Source: an uncultured Planctomycetales bacterium (GTDB taxonomy: Bacteria; Omnitrophota; Gorgyraeia; Zapsychrales; GWA2-47-8). Taken from it: a DNA stretch of 57,881 nt. How positions within the stretch are numbered: the first letter of the stretch is position 1; the number at the start of each line of letters is the position of its first letter. Under the pieces are notes generated by a model that made no database searches, was not told the DNA's origin, and saw only the letters and a program-made list of their open reading frames with translations. Positions 35,708-45,593 of this stretch are shown piece by piece. Position numbers and translations under genes: made by a program. Location of the stretch: contig CAZCLW010000008.1 of the NCBI GenBank assembly GCA_964499685.1, forward strand, positions 3,784 to 61,664. The letters are read 5' to 3'.

Positions 35708-37204
35708 CTATTTATCGGCTACAGGAAAACGCAAATGGAAGATATTCCCCTTCCCGCCCCGGCCCTCGATCTCCATGCGCCCGCCGTGTTCAGCCAAAAG
35801 GTCCTGGCACAGGGCCACGCCCACGCCCGAGGCCTTTGACCGGGTCGAAAAGAACGGCTCCACGGCGACCGCCCGCTCTTCATCGGAAAGCTCAGGGGCG
35901 GTGTCTTCGAAGGAAACAACGACCTCCTTCTGCGCGTTATCCAGACGCGTGATGACTTTGAGAGCGCGTTCACTGCCGCGCGGCATATTCTCAAAAGCGT
36001 TGAGCGCACTGACCAAAAGATTCATGAAAACCTGCTGCAGAAGTACACTGTCGGCAAACACGGGCGGCAGGCCTTCGGCCAACGCCAGGTCCCATCTCAC
36101 CCGGCGGATCCGCAGCTCGTCGGTGAGCAGATTGGTCGCGCGCTTGACCACGACATTGATGTCCACATTTTCTTTCTGGATCTCGCGATGGCGCACGAGA
36201 TTGGTCAGGTCCTCCAGCATGCGCTTGATGTAGACGGACTGCTCTTCGATATGGCAGATAGGTTTATAAAACGGTTCGTCCGGCTTCATTTCTTTTTTCA
36301 GGAAACGCGTGAATCCGTGGATGGCGGTGACCGGCTGACTGATCTGATGCAGGATGCCGGCGCTTAAGCTCGCCAGGGCCGATTTCTTTCCGGTCTCAAG
36401 CAGTTTAAGCTGGGTGGTGCGCAGATCATGCAGTACGTGAGAGAGCTCTTTGGTCTTGAGCTCCACCTGACGTTCCAAATTTTCGGCATGCCGCTGGATG
36501 GTGTTCGCATAGGACATGAGCTTAAAACAGGTCAGGCCGATGATGAAGGCCAGAAAACCGATAAATCCCGACGGATACAAATAAGCCTGGGGTGCGCAGG
36601 CCGCGATATCCATGGCCGCCATGGACAGCACCACGAAACTGAAAATGAAAAGCTTCAGGCTTTTCTTCTCGAGCGTGTCGTTGATGACAAAATGATAGTG
36701 GAGAAGATTGATGAGGCTGACCACGATACCTAAAACAAAAAAGCTGAGCACGACCGGATAGAGAAATCCGGCTGTGGGATAAAACCCGAAAAAATCCTTC
36801 TTGATATCGATAAAAAAATTCGGGCTCTGGCATAAGGGGATGAGTCCCACGGCCAGAACATAAAAAGCGATCATATAATTCCGCTGGACCGCGTAACGGC
36901 GGGTCAGATCAACGGAAAGATGAAAGACCGTCGGCGGAGTAAAGATAAATCCCAGATACAAAAAATGGCTCCAGAATAATGCCAATTGACTGGATTTGGT
37001 GCTCAATAGGAGCACGCAGCTGTACAGCCACAGGGCCGCGGCGAAAGAAAAATAGAGCAAGACTTGGCTGAGAGGGGATTTCTGGTCGAGGCTGTAAAGG
37101 AAAATACTGAAGATCAGGATAAGCGTTGCCACCAAAAACGGCGCAACCGCGTAAGGATTGAGGGCATACTGCCCGAAATCGAAGATAAAATTAAAAACTG
37201 TCAT
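35708..37204 (-). CDS. Membrane sensor histidine kinase with a multi-pass N-terminal sensor, HisKA-like and HATPase_c domains
   Basis: 498 aa with about seven N-terminal TM helices, then SLSAGILHQISQP (H-box-like), NLLVSALNA and GVGVALC/HGG G-boxes. Confidence 0.85.
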   Translation of the reverse strand: MTVFNFIFDFGQYALNPYAVAPFLVATLILIFSIFLYSLDQKSPLSQVLLYFSFAAALWLYSCVLLLSTKSSQLALFWSHFLYLGFIFTPPTVFHLSVDLTRRYAVQRNYMIAFYVLAVGLIPLCQSPNFFIDIKKDFFGFYPTAGFLYPVVLSFFVLGIVVSLINLLHYHFVINDTLEKKSLKLFIFSFVVLSMAAMDIAACAPQAYLYPSGFIGFLAFIIGLTCFKLMSYANTIQRHAENLERQVELKTKELSHVLHDLRTTQLKLLETGKKSALASLSAGILHQISQPVTAIHGFTRFLKKEMKPDEPFYKPICHIEEQSVYIKRMLEDLTNLVRHREIQKENVDINVVVKRATNLLTDELRIRRVRWDLALAEGLPPVFADSVLLQQVFMNLLVSALNAFENMPRGSERALKVITRLDNAQKEVVVSFEDTAPELSDEERAVAVEPFFSTRSKASGVGVALCQDLLAEHGGRMEIEGRGGKGNIFHLRFPVADK

Positions 37205-37258
37205 ATTTGTTTCAGTATAACATATATTTTTTCCCCATGAATCAATGATGAGATTTTT

Positions 37259-37729
37259 TTAAGGGTCTGACGGCGCTGTTTTCAACCGGAACGTCAACCG
37301 GTCCCCTTCTTTCAGGCCGATCTCGGCGGTTTTGCCGGCATTCAGCTCCAGAACATAGCCGGCTTTCACCGGTGAAGTATAAACCGTGCACGGATCTTCC
37401 TCACAGGGCGGCGCGTTCTGCTGAATAAAAACGACCTGCCGGGAAGCATTTAACCAGATGATGTCGAGCGGGATAAGCGTATCCTTCATCCAGAAACTAT
37501 GCCGCCTGTCCTCGGAAAATACGAATAGCATTCCCGCATCGGGCGCCAAAGAAGGACGGAATTGCAGGCCGCGGCTCAATTCCGGACCTTTACTCACCAC
37601 TTCCACGTTAAAACAAGTTTCGCGCAAGCACACTTGGTCGCCCTGCGCGGAGGAAATATGACAAGCAGAGACACTCAGTAAAAGGAAAATGCCCACAAAA
37701 AAAGGCCTTTGGGTCAAAAGGTTATTCAT
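37259..37729 (-). CDS. DUF192-family secreted protein
   Basis: 156 aa with a signal peptide. Contains GMLFVF, FWMKDTLIPLDIIWL and YVLELNAG, typical of DUF192/COG1430. Confidence 0.7.
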   Translation of the reverse strand: MNNLLTQRPFFVGIFLLLSVSACHISSAQGDQVCLRETCFNVEVVSKGPELSRGLQFRPSLAPDAGMLFVFSEDRRHSFWMKDTLIPLDIIWLNASRQVVFIQQNAPPCEEDPCTVYTSPVKAGYVLELNAGKTAEIGLKEGDRLTFRLKTAPSDP

Positions 37730-38513
37730 TGCCCATCAAATTTAAGTAATCGCGGAAGTGGAGCTCTCCGCTGATATTCTTATTGGCCGAGGAGATCCGC
37801 TCCCCTAAGTACGGATGCGTGCGCCAATAACTTAATTCACGCAAAGGTTCTTTTTTTTCATTGTCACGCAGAATGGTGAGGACCTCGATCATGGCTTGGG
37901 GATCATAACCTGCCTTTTTCATGTATTTCACGCCCAATTCATCGGATTGGAATTCATCCTCGCGGGAGTGGGCCAAAAAGACCGACATATACGCAACCTG
38001 AGCTCCCTGCGCCAGATCACCATCGCCGGAGGCGACGGAAACGACCGCCAGCAGCGCGTAACCATAAGCGGCCTGCAATCTTTTCATCGCATGCTTGGCG
38101 GCGATATGCGCGACCTCATGGGCAATGACGCCGGCCAGTTGATCATCGGTCTCCAGCTTATCCAGCAGGCCTTTGAAAATGTAAATATATCCGCCGGGAA
38201 GACTGACCGCGTTCACCGTGTCCTCATCGATAACGCGGATGACATAGACCAGCTCCTGACGGTCACAGACCTCGACGATGCGGTCCAGGACACGCTGGAC
38301 ACGCTCATTATCCTCAACATTGCTGCTGATCGTGTAATGCGTCTCGATCTGCTGCGCCACGCCCTCGCCTATTTTGATCTCCTTCTCAGTTCCATGCAAT
38401 AAAGTCTCTTCTTGCCGGGTAGCCAAGTTGTATTGAGAGGTGCAGCCGCAGAAAATAAGCAGGCAACCGATGGAGAAAAAATTTCTTAAGCGGTAAATGT
38501 TCTTAGAATACAT
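37722..38513 (-). CDS. M48-family zinc metallopeptidase, a lipoprotein
   Basis: Lipobox LIFCGC, HExxH motif AHEVAHIAAKH, a downstream SREDEFQSD glutamate, and overall BepA/YfgC-like organisation. Confidence 0.85.
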   Translation of the reverse strand: MYSKNIYRLRNFFSIGCLLIFCGCTSQYNLATRQEETLLHGTEKEIKIGEGVAQQIETHYTISSNVEDNERVQRVLDRIVEVCDRQELVYVIRVIDEDTVNAVSLPGGYIYIFKGLLDKLETDDQLAGVIAHEVAHIAAKHAMKRLQAAYGYALLAVVSVASGDGDLAQGAQVAYMSVFLAHSREDEFQSDELGVKYMKKAGYDPQAMIEVLTILRDNEKKEPLRELSYWRTHPYLGERISSANKNISGELHFRDYLNLMGNE

Positions 38514-39090
38514 AAATATCGAATTTTTTTAATATTTCACGGAGCTTGGCCATGGGGAGGCCGATAACATTCGTGTAACATCCTTCAATGCGGCGGATGA
38601 ACAAAGCGCCATGGCCTTCGATATCAAACCCTCCGGCCTTGTCCAACGGAAACATCTTGGCGTGATAACGGTCGATCTCTTTGTTCGAAAGGCGGTTCAT
38701 GAAAACCTTGGTCTTTTCATAATCGACGGCCGTTTTCCCGGTGGCGGCGTCGATGACGGCCAGGCCCGTGTAGACCCAATGCGGCCGCGAAAAAAGCACC
38801 TGCAGGGTCTTTTTGGCCTCACGTAAATCACGCGGCTTACCGATAACCTGCCGGTGCCCGCTATAAACAAGCGTATCGGCCCCGACGACAATGCCGCGCT
38901 TGACCCTCTGGGCGACATCCTTCGCTTTAAGGAGGGCGTTGTGCTTGACCAGCGCCGAACAGGACGCGCGAAGCTTATGCACCTCTTCCACGCGGCTGGG
39001 AACGATTTTAAAACGCAGGCCGCACTGACGGAACAAATTCCGCCGCTGAGGTGAAGTGGAAGCCAAAATAAGTTCAGTCATAAGGATCAA
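38503..39090 (-). CDS. maf: Maf-like nucleoside triphosphate pyrophosphatase
   Basis: LILASTSPQRRNLF, VGADTLV, GKPRD, DKAGGFDIEG, VIGLPM. Confidence 0.9.
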   Translation of the reverse strand: MILMTELILASTSPQRRNLFRQCGLRFKIVPSRVEEVHKLRASCSALVKHNALLKAKDVAQRVKRGIVVGADTLVYSGHRQVIGKPRDLREAKKTLQVLFSRPHWVYTGLAVIDAATGKTAVDYEKTKVFMNRLSNKEIDRYHAKMFPLDKAGGFDIEGHGALFIRRIEGCYTNVIGLPMAKLREILKKFDIYVF

Positions 39091-39647
39091 CTAAGGAAGT
39101 CAGAAGCCTTGAAGAGAGACAACAGGGTGCATCCTTGCTTGGCCAGGGCCTCTTTCGCGCCTTCATTGCGGTCAATGACGCACACGGCTCTTTTTACACG
39201 GATATTATACTTTTTCAGGACTTCGATGGACTCCAGGAACGCCTTTCCGGTCGTGGCCACGTCGTCGATCAAAATGACCTCACTCCCTTCCGGAATCAGC
39301 GGGCCTTCGATCTGCTGCTGCTTTCCGTGCGGCTTGGGAGCCTTGCGGACAATGAACGTGTTGACCGGTTTACCGGCCTGAAAACTTAAGACAGCGATCG
39401 CGCCGACCAGCGGGTCCGCCCCCAGGGTGGGGCCGCCGATAGCGGCGACGTTTTCATTCTTCACCATCTCGAGGATCAATTTGGCACTTAAACAGGCGCC
39501 TTCGGCACTAAGCGTCACCCGCCGGGCATCGATGTAATAATCGCTTTCCTTGCCCGAGGAGAGGATTATTTTTTCCTTAAAAAATGCGTTCTTCTTGAGG
39601 ATATGAAGCAGCTGCTGTCTGTCCTGCTGAACATCGGCTGGGCACAT
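39087..39647 (-). CDS. pyrE: Orotate phosphoribosyltransferase
   Basis: LSSGKESDYYIDARR and the PRPP-binding loop VILIDDVATTGKA. Confidence 0.9.
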   Translation of the reverse strand: MCPADVQQDRQQLLHILKKNAFFKEKIILSSGKESDYYIDARRVTLSAEGACLSAKLILEMVKNENVAAIGGPTLGADPLVGAIAVLSFQAGKPVNTFIVRKAPKPHGKQQQIEGPLIPEGSEVILIDDVATTGKAFLESIEVLKKYNIRVKRAVCVIDRNEGAKEALAKQGCTLLSLFKASDFLS

Positions 39648-39652
39648 AATAA

Positions 39653-40132
39653 TTATTCCTTTATTAAGATCGTTGAATTCGGTTGGGTCTGCGTCGGCGC
39701 AGCCGGCGCTGCGGCGGAAGATCCTGCCTCTTTGGGCTCAGGCGGCGAAATTACCTTAAGGCTGCCCGGTACATCCAATTTTCTTCTTTGAATTTCTTCA
39801 AACAGAAAAATCTTGTATTTCAAAAGATCTTTATGTTTCTGGTATTGCTGCGGGGTGAATCCGGAAGTCTGATGGAACATCTGACTTGCTTCCATTTCGA
39901 CCAGAACGTCGATGTAGGTATTAAGGAGCACCTCATCGGTCAATTGGATGATCGCGCTTTTATCCAGGATGGGGATCTGATACAGAAACGCCCAGCCAGG
40001 CGGGACAACGGCCAAGCTGACGGCCAAAGCGCCTGCGGTCAGAGCCATGCGAAGATAGAAAAAGGAATTATTCTTATTCATAGTTTCAGGATAGCGATGG
40101 TTTATTATACGTTCTCGCTCCCGCGCATTCAA
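39653..40132 (-). CDS. Hypothetical membrane-anchored or secreted protein
   Basis: 159 aa with one hydrophobic segment (LTAGALAVSLAVV) and an Ala/Pro-rich C-terminus. No domain recognised. Confidence 0.4.
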   Translation of the reverse strand: MNARERERIINHRYPETMNKNNSFFYLRMALTAGALAVSLAVVPPGWAFLYQIPILDKSAIIQLTDEVLLNTYIDVLVEMEASQMFHQTSGFTPQQYQKHKDLLKYKIFLFEEIQRRKLDVPGSLKVISPPEPKEAGSSAAAPAAPTQTQPNSTILIKE

Positions 40133-40206
40133 GCTGATTTATGCTGAAAAAACGCCCCGCCGGGCCGCAATTGACACGCTCAGACCGGTCGTGTTAGGAT
40201 AGCGCC

Positions 40207-40929
40207 ATGCTGAAGGGTTTATGGCGCGGAATTTCTGATTTTATCTATCCTCCCGTGTGCCTTCTTTGCCAAAAGGGCCTCGCCGACGCCCCCTTTCATG
40301 CCTGCCTGTGCTCTTTTTGCACTCAAACGATCGAACTTAACCATCCGCCTTTTTGCGGAAAATGCTCTGCCAATCTTAGCGATGCCGGTCAAACGGTATG
40401 CTCCCGCTGCCGGCGTCAGGAGTTGTATTTCGACCGGGCCTGGAGCATTTGCCTCTATAACGAAGCGGTCCGCCGCCTGATCCATCTTTTTAAATACGGC
40501 CAGAAGATCGGCCTGCGCCGGGAATTCAGCCGGCTGATTTTGGATTTTACGCAGGCCTACCGTATCGACCTCTCCGTGTACGATTACGTCGTTCCCATTC
40601 CTCTGCATTCCGCCCGCTTGCGTGAGCGCGGCTATAACCAGGCACACCTTTTGGCCGAGGCGATCGCCCGTCAAACAGCCGCTCCGCTCAATACAGGTCT
40701 GCGGCGCATACGCCACACGCCCTACCAAGCCAGCCGTTCCCAAAAAGAGCGCTGGACAAACATTTCCGACGCCTTTAAAATAAAACATCCTTTGCAATTT
40801 TCAAAACGGCGCGTGCTTCTCGTCGATGATCTGATGACGACCGGCGCGACCGTCTCGGAAGCGGCCCGTCTCTTAAAGGAAGCCGGGGCGGCGCGGGTCG
40901 ATGTCCTGACACTGGCCTCCGCCAGCTAA
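40207..40929 (+). CDS. comF: ComF-family phosphoribosyltransferase-like protein
   Basis: N-terminal Cys clusters (CLLC...CSFC...CGKC...CSRC), RGYNQA, and PRT loop LLVDDLMTTGAT. Confidence 0.8.
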   Translation: MLKGLWRGISDFIYPPVCLLCQKGLADAPFHACLCSFCTQTIELNHPPFCGKCSANLSDAGQTVCSRCRRQELYFDRAWSICLYNEAVRRLIHLFKYGQKIGLRREFSRLILDFTQAYRIDLSVYDYVVPIPLHSARLRERGYNQAHLLAEAIARQTAAPLNTGLRRIRHTPYQASRSQKERWTNISDAFKIKHPLQFSKRRVLLVDDLMTTGATVSEAARLLKEAGAARVDVLTLASAS

Positions 40930-40969
40930 GGACAAAAACCGCGATAGAAGCGCGGATATCAGTGGACCC

Positions 40970-42064
40970 ATGCGCATATTACGCAACTACCTTTTAAAAG
41001 AATGCATTTTCCCTTTCTTCCTGGCCCTGGGAGTCTTGACCTGTATTTTTCTTCTCGGAAACCTTGTCCAGCTCGCCAATCTGGTCATCAATAAAGGCGT
41101 CAGTCTGAGCCTTATCGGAAAGATTTTCATCCTCTATGTTCCTGTTCTTCTCGGTTACACTTTGCCGATCGCCTGCCTGGTCAGCGTCATTCTGGCCTTT
41201 AGCCGCTTATCGTTCGACAATGAGATCCTGGCCATCCGCGCCAACGGCGTGCATCTGCAGAGGATCCTGATCCCTTTTATCTTTATCGGCCTTATCCTGA
41301 GCCTGATCTCCGTCATCCTCAATGAAAAGATCATCCCTTACGCGCATTATGAACAAAAAAAGATGCTCAAGAACCTCGGTGTCCAGAACCCCACCGCCCT
41401 TCTGGAAGCGGGACTTTTCATCCATTCATTCCGGAACCAGATCCTTTTTATCCATAAGATCGAAGGCAACAAGATGTACAATGTCACGATCTATCAGCCG
41501 CAGCCTGATGGGAAACCGACCCGCACCATCATCGCCAAACGCGGCGAGTTCACAGCGGTTCCCGGAAAAGACCAGATAAAACTAAAGCTCATCGACGGCA
41601 CTTCCGACGAGCCTAATCTCAAAAACCCGGAAAGTTTTTATAAATTGAATTTTCAGAATTATTTTATGACCCTGGACCTTTCGGAGAAGAGCAAAGAGAT
41701 CGAGAAAAAACCCCGCAGCATGACCCTGCGCGAACTGCGCGAAGAAAAGGCGCGCCTGGAAGAACTCCGGGTCGAGGACACCGCCCGGTTGGATACGGAG
41801 TTCCACCGTAAAATAAGCTGGTCATTCTCGGCGCTGATCTTCATTCTTTTAGGGCTGCCGATCGCCATCATCACGCACCGCCGGGAAAAGGCGGCTAACG
41901 TGATCCTGGCGGTTTTGTGCGCGGCACTGTACTACCTTATCTCCATGGGGTGTGAAGCGGTCGGGATCAAGAACCTCGCCCCGGCCGCCCTTATCATGTG
42001 GGTCCCGAATATCCTGGCCGGCACCTTGGCCCTGGGGCTGAACGTTAAACTATGCAGGTCATGA
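40970..42064 (+). CDS. lptF: LptF/LptG-family LPS export permease
   Basis: 364 aa with YjgP/YjgQ topology (three TM helices, a periplasmic beta-jellyroll region, three TM helices). N-terminal ILRNYLLKE. Paired with a second homologue 1 nt downstream. Confidence 0.75.
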   Translation: MRILRNYLLKECIFPFFLALGVLTCIFLLGNLVQLANLVINKGVSLSLIGKIFILYVPVLLGYTLPIACLVSVILAFSRLSFDNEILAIRANGVHLQRILIPFIFIGLILSLISVILNEKIIPYAHYEQKKMLKNLGVQNPTALLEAGLFIHSFRNQILFIHKIEGNKMYNVTIYQPQPDGKPTRTIIAKRGEFTAVPGKDQIKLKLIDGTSDEPNLKNPESFYKLNFQNYFMTLDLSEKSKEIEKKPRSMTLRELREEKARLEELRVEDTARLDTEFHRKISWSFSALIFILLGLPIAIITHRREKAANVILAVLCAALYYLISMGCEAVGIKNLAPAALIMWVPNILAGTLALGLNVKLCRS

Positions 42065-42065
42065 C

Positions 42066-43175
42066 ATGCGTATCGTAGACCGCTATATCATCAAATCGAT
42101 CATCAGGATGTTTTTTTCCTGTGTTCTGATCTTTGCCTTTCTGTATATCCTCATCGACATCGCCAGTAATCTGGACGACCTTATCGAGCGCCAGGTCCCG
42201 CTTGATATCCTGGCCCAGTATTATTCCACGTTCCTGCCCATTATCCTGGTCCAGACCTCGTCGGTCGCCGCCCTGATCGCGACGCTGTTCACCTACAGCC
42301 AGCTCAATCACCATAACGAGATCATCGCCCTACGGACCAGCGGGCTAAATTTCTGGCGCATCACCAAACCGGCGATATTCTTCGGGATATTCGTTTCGGC
42401 CGTGATCTTTTGGCTCAATGAAAACGTTGTGCCCGAGGCCGAGGCCCTTTCGTCCAAGATCAAAAACGAGAACATGAACGTGAGCGCCAGCCGCAGCGCC
42501 CGCGCCCGGTCCAAAATAACCAACATGACGTTTTATGGGCTGAAGAACCGCCTCTATTTCATCGATTCTTTTGACCCCAACACGTATGAGCTTGAAGGGA
42601 TAACCATTGTCGGTTACGACGAGAATCAGAACATCCGCGAGAAGATCGTGGCCCTCAAAGGAAAATGGGCGGGCATCGCCTGGAAATTTTTTACCTGCCA
42701 CATTTCGGAGTTCGAAGGAACGGACATGCGGGTACCCGTCAAGGTGAAGATTTATGACGAGAAATTAATGGATATCAAGGAAACGCCGCAGGATTTCCTG
42801 CGCCAGAACCTCAATGTTTCCTCGATGAACATCGAACAGCTCTACGACTATATCCAGAAGTTCTCCAACAGCGGGGCAGTCAAGGCCCTCAACAATCTGC
42901 GTGTTGACCTGCACCAGAAGACCACGCTCCCTTTGAGCAGCATTGTCCTCATTCTCGTCGGGCTTCCCTTTGCCATGATGACCGGACGGCGTAAGGCCGT
43001 GACCTTTACATCCCTGGGGATCGCCATTATCATCGGATTTTTGTATTATGTGTCGAACGCGGTGGGATTGGCCTTGGGGAAAGGCGGACTGTTCCCGCCC
43101 ATGCTCGCCGCCTGGATGACACCGCTGGTCTTTATAGCCCTCGCGATGTATTTCATCAAAGTAAAATTTAATTAA
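42066..43175 (+). CDS. lptG: LptF/LptG-family LPS export permease
   Basis: 369 aa with N-terminal IVDRYIIK and the same topology as the preceding gene. Confidence 0.75.
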   Translation: MRIVDRYIIKSIIRMFFSCVLIFAFLYILIDIASNLDDLIERQVPLDILAQYYSTFLPIILVQTSSVAALIATLFTYSQLNHHNEIIALRTSGLNFWRITKPAIFFGIFVSAVIFWLNENVVPEAEALSSKIKNENMNVSASRSARARSKITNMTFYGLKNRLYFIDSFDPNTYELEGITIVGYDENQNIREKIVALKGKWAGIAWKFFTCHISEFEGTDMRVPVKVKIYDEKLMDIKETPQDFLRQNLNVSSMNIEQLYDYIQKFSNSGAVKALNNLRVDLHQKTTLPLSSIVLILVGLPFAMMTGRRKAVTFTSLGIAIIIGFLYYVSNAVGLALGKGGLFPPMLAAWMTPLVFIALAMYFIKVKFN

Positions 43176-43262
43176 TGAGTGCGTAACTTCTGGAATGCAA
43201 TGAACAGAAGTCACTGCCCGAATTAATCCCGCGAGCGCTTTTTGCGACACGGGATTCCCTCA

Positions 43263-44411
43263 TTAATTCTTATACACTTTTCCCAGACGATTACCTAAGC
43301 TGCAGATGACTTCATAATTGATGGTATCGGCCAGTTCGGCCAGATCATCGGCCGAGATCTCTTCCTTGCCTTGAGCCCCCATCACAACGACCTCATCACC
43401 CAATTGGACATTCTTGACTTTAGAAACATCCACGATGACTTGGTCCATGGTCACCCGGCCCAAGATGTCGCACACTTTTCCGCCGATCAAGACGCTTGCC
43501 TGGTTCGAAAAGGAACGAAAATACCCGTCGCTGTAGCCGATGGGGATGGTCGCGACCCGCATCCTTTTTTTGGCGATAAAGGTGCGGCCGTAGCTGATGC
43601 TGCGTCCCGGGCCGATATCTTTCAAGAATATGACCTTGGATTTGACCGTCATGGCCGGCTTTAATTTTATTTTTCTTTTTAAAAACTTGTCGGGATAGAG
43701 GCCGTAGAACATAAGGCCGGCGCGCGCCAGATTAAGGATCCGGTGCTTATAACCGGCCAGACCCATACTGTTGGCGGCATGGATGTAGGGCACGATCAAG
43801 CCCAGACGGTCGAGCTGTTTGACGATATCGGCAAGGAGTTTGATCTGTTTTTGCGTGAAAGAGCGGTGCTTGTCCGCCGAAGCCAAATGAGTGTAAAGGC
43901 CTTTGATGGACAACTGCGGCAGCTCCATGATCTTTTTGATGAATTCCTTGGCTTCCCGGTGCCAGATCCCGAGCCGGCCCATGCCGGTGTCGACTTTGAC
44001 ATGCACGTCGATACGGCGGTTCCTGACCGCGGCCCTTTCGTTGAGGCGCTGAGCGAATTCATATGTGCACACCGTCGGGCTGAGATTATATTCGATGATC
44101 TCCTCGACAGAAGAGGCCATCGTGCTTTCGAACAATAAAATGGGTTTGCTGAGGATGCCGTGCGTGCGCAATTCAACGCCCTCGGCAACGTTGGAAACGC
44201 CGAAAAACTCAACGCCCAGGCGGTCCAAAAGATTGGCCACAGGCAGCATGCCGTGGCCGTAGGCGTCCGCCTTAATGACCGCAAGCAGCCCGATGGGGGC
44301 TTTAGAACGCGGAGGTCTCTGTTGATAGGCGAGCTTTTTCAGTTCTTTATAATTATGCTCGATCGCTTTGAGGTCTATCTCCGCCCAGGTTAAGGGAGAA
44401 TCGTTGAGCAT
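43263..44411 (-). CDS. alr: Alanine racemase
   Basis: PLP-Lys motif AVIKADAYGHG, ANS..L, YGLYP, and a C-terminal beta domain with GYSDGY. Confidence 0.92.
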   Translation of the reverse strand: MLNDSPLTWAEIDLKAIEHNYKELKKLAYQQRPPRSKAPIGLLAVIKADAYGHGMLPVANLLDRLGVEFFGVSNVAEGVELRTHGILSKPILLFESTMASSVEEIIEYNLSPTVCTYEFAQRLNERAAVRNRRIDVHVKVDTGMGRLGIWHREAKEFIKKIMELPQLSIKGLYTHLASADKHRSFTQKQIKLLADIVKQLDRLGLIVPYIHAANSMGLAGYKHRILNLARAGLMFYGLYPDKFLKRKIKLKPAMTVKSKVIFLKDIGPGRSISYGRTFIAKKRMRVATIPIGYSDGYFRSFSNQASVLIGGKVCDILGRVTMDQVIVDVSKVKNVQLGDEVVVMGAQGKEEISADDLAELADTINYEVICSLGNRLGKVYKN

Positions 44412-44459
44412 GGTCGTGAAATTTCAGCGCTGGACCTGACCCCGCCTTGCGGGATCCTT

Positions 44460-45131
44460 TTAAGGCTTGACTTGACAATCTTCCGGATAAAGATACAACG
44501 GCAACAGACGGTCAATGTCGTCGAACTGCCTTTTTTCGATGCGGGGTTTGGCCAGTTCCCACAAGGATTTAGCCCGGGGCGGCCAATACTTCTTATCTTC
44601 GCAGATGCCGTTATGCGCCGTTATCTTGGCGCGGAAGATGTCCACCGCATCGCCGGTAAAAACGGTCCGGCCCTGTATCTTTTGTAATACATTATCCGCG
44701 GTGGTTAGTAAATACTTACTTTGTCTTTTTAGACTTCCCTTCTGGCGGCGGTAAAGGGCTGAATAGACCATTTGCCGGCGGGCGTCCGTGACAACACAGA
44801 CGTCCTCCGTATCTTGTTTGCGAACATTGTAGGCAATCGTATCCAGTGACGGGATCCCGATGATGGGTTTCCCCGTGGCAAGGCTTAAGGCCTTGACGGT
44901 CGAAAGCCCTACGCGCAGACTAGTAAAGGATCCTGGGCCCAATCCGACGATGAATCCATCGATCTTGGCCAGAGGCACCTTGGCTTTTTTGAGGGCGCGC
45001 TCGATTTCCGGAACGATCGAGGAGGAGAGGATCTTGTCCTTGAGGACATTGCGCTCGGTAACGACTTTTCCGCCGCGCGCGACGGCAAGGCTGAAATGTT
45101 TAGTGGAGGTCTCGATGGCTAGGTAGTTCAT
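44460..45131 (-). CDS. tsaB: tRNA t6A biosynthesis protein TsaB
   Basis: LAIETSTKHFSLAV and GLGPGSFTSLRVGLSTVKAL. Confidence 0.88.
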   Translation of the reverse strand: MNYLAIETSTKHFSLAVARGGKVVTERNVLKDKILSSSIVPEIERALKKAKVPLAKIDGFIVGLGPGSFTSLRVGLSTVKALSLATGKPIIGIPSLDTIAYNVRKQDTEDVCVVTDARRQMVYSALYRRQKGSLKRQSKYLLTTADNVLQKIQGRTVFTGDAVDIFRAKITAHNGICEDKKYWPPRAKSLWELAKPRIEKRQFDDIDRLLPLYLYPEDCQVKP

Positions 45132-45592
45132 GATCTTAATTTCCCGAGAAGAACGCTGTATTGTTCACCATGAGGGCAGAGCGTGATCGTACGCTCGTTC
45201 TCTCCCGCGTGACTGAACCGTACTTCCATAAATTCCTCCGGGAGCAGGCTCTTTAATTTGTCGGCCCACTCTACGACGGCGATCCCGTCGCCGAAGAGGA
45301 ACTCCTCGTAACCGATGTTAAGGATTTCTTTAATGTCATCCATCCGGTAAAGGTCGAAGTGGTAGAGCGGCCGCTTTCCTTCATAGATATTCATCAGCGT
45401 AAACGTCGGGCTATGGACCTTGTTCATCTTGATCTTTAGTCCTTGCGCCAGGCCTTTCGTGAACGTTGTTTTTCCGCTGCCCAAGTCCCCGTAGAGACAG
45501 ACGATGTCACCGGCCTTGAGGTGCCCGGCCAGATGTTTGGCCAGCGCCCATGTTTCTTCTTCGCTGTGGGAAGTAACGGTAAAGGGATCCAT
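45128..45592 (-). CDS. tsaE: tRNA t6A biosynthesis ATPase TsaE
   Basis: The start is set at MDPFTV (45592), 2 nt after the thiL stop. Contains GDLGSGKTTFTKG (P-loop), SPTFTL and HFDLYR. The longer ORF-track N-terminus overlaps thiL and looks non-coding. Confidence 0.85.
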   Translation of the reverse strand: MDPFTVTSHSEEETWALAKHLAGHLKAGDIVCLYGDLGSGKTTFTKGLAQGLKIKMNKVHSPTFTLMNIYEGKRPLYHFDLYRMDDIKEILNIGYEEFLFGDGIAVVEWADKLKSLLPEEFMEVRFSHAGENERTITLCPHGEQYSVLLGKLRS

Positions 45593-45593
45593 T

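Noticed and set aside
43186-43250. Two 7-bp hairpins between convergent lptG and alr (ACTTCTG/CAGAAGT and AATCCCG/CGGGATT)
   Set aside because: They are plausible terminators, but the stems are short and lack clear U-tracts. The support is too weak to annotate.
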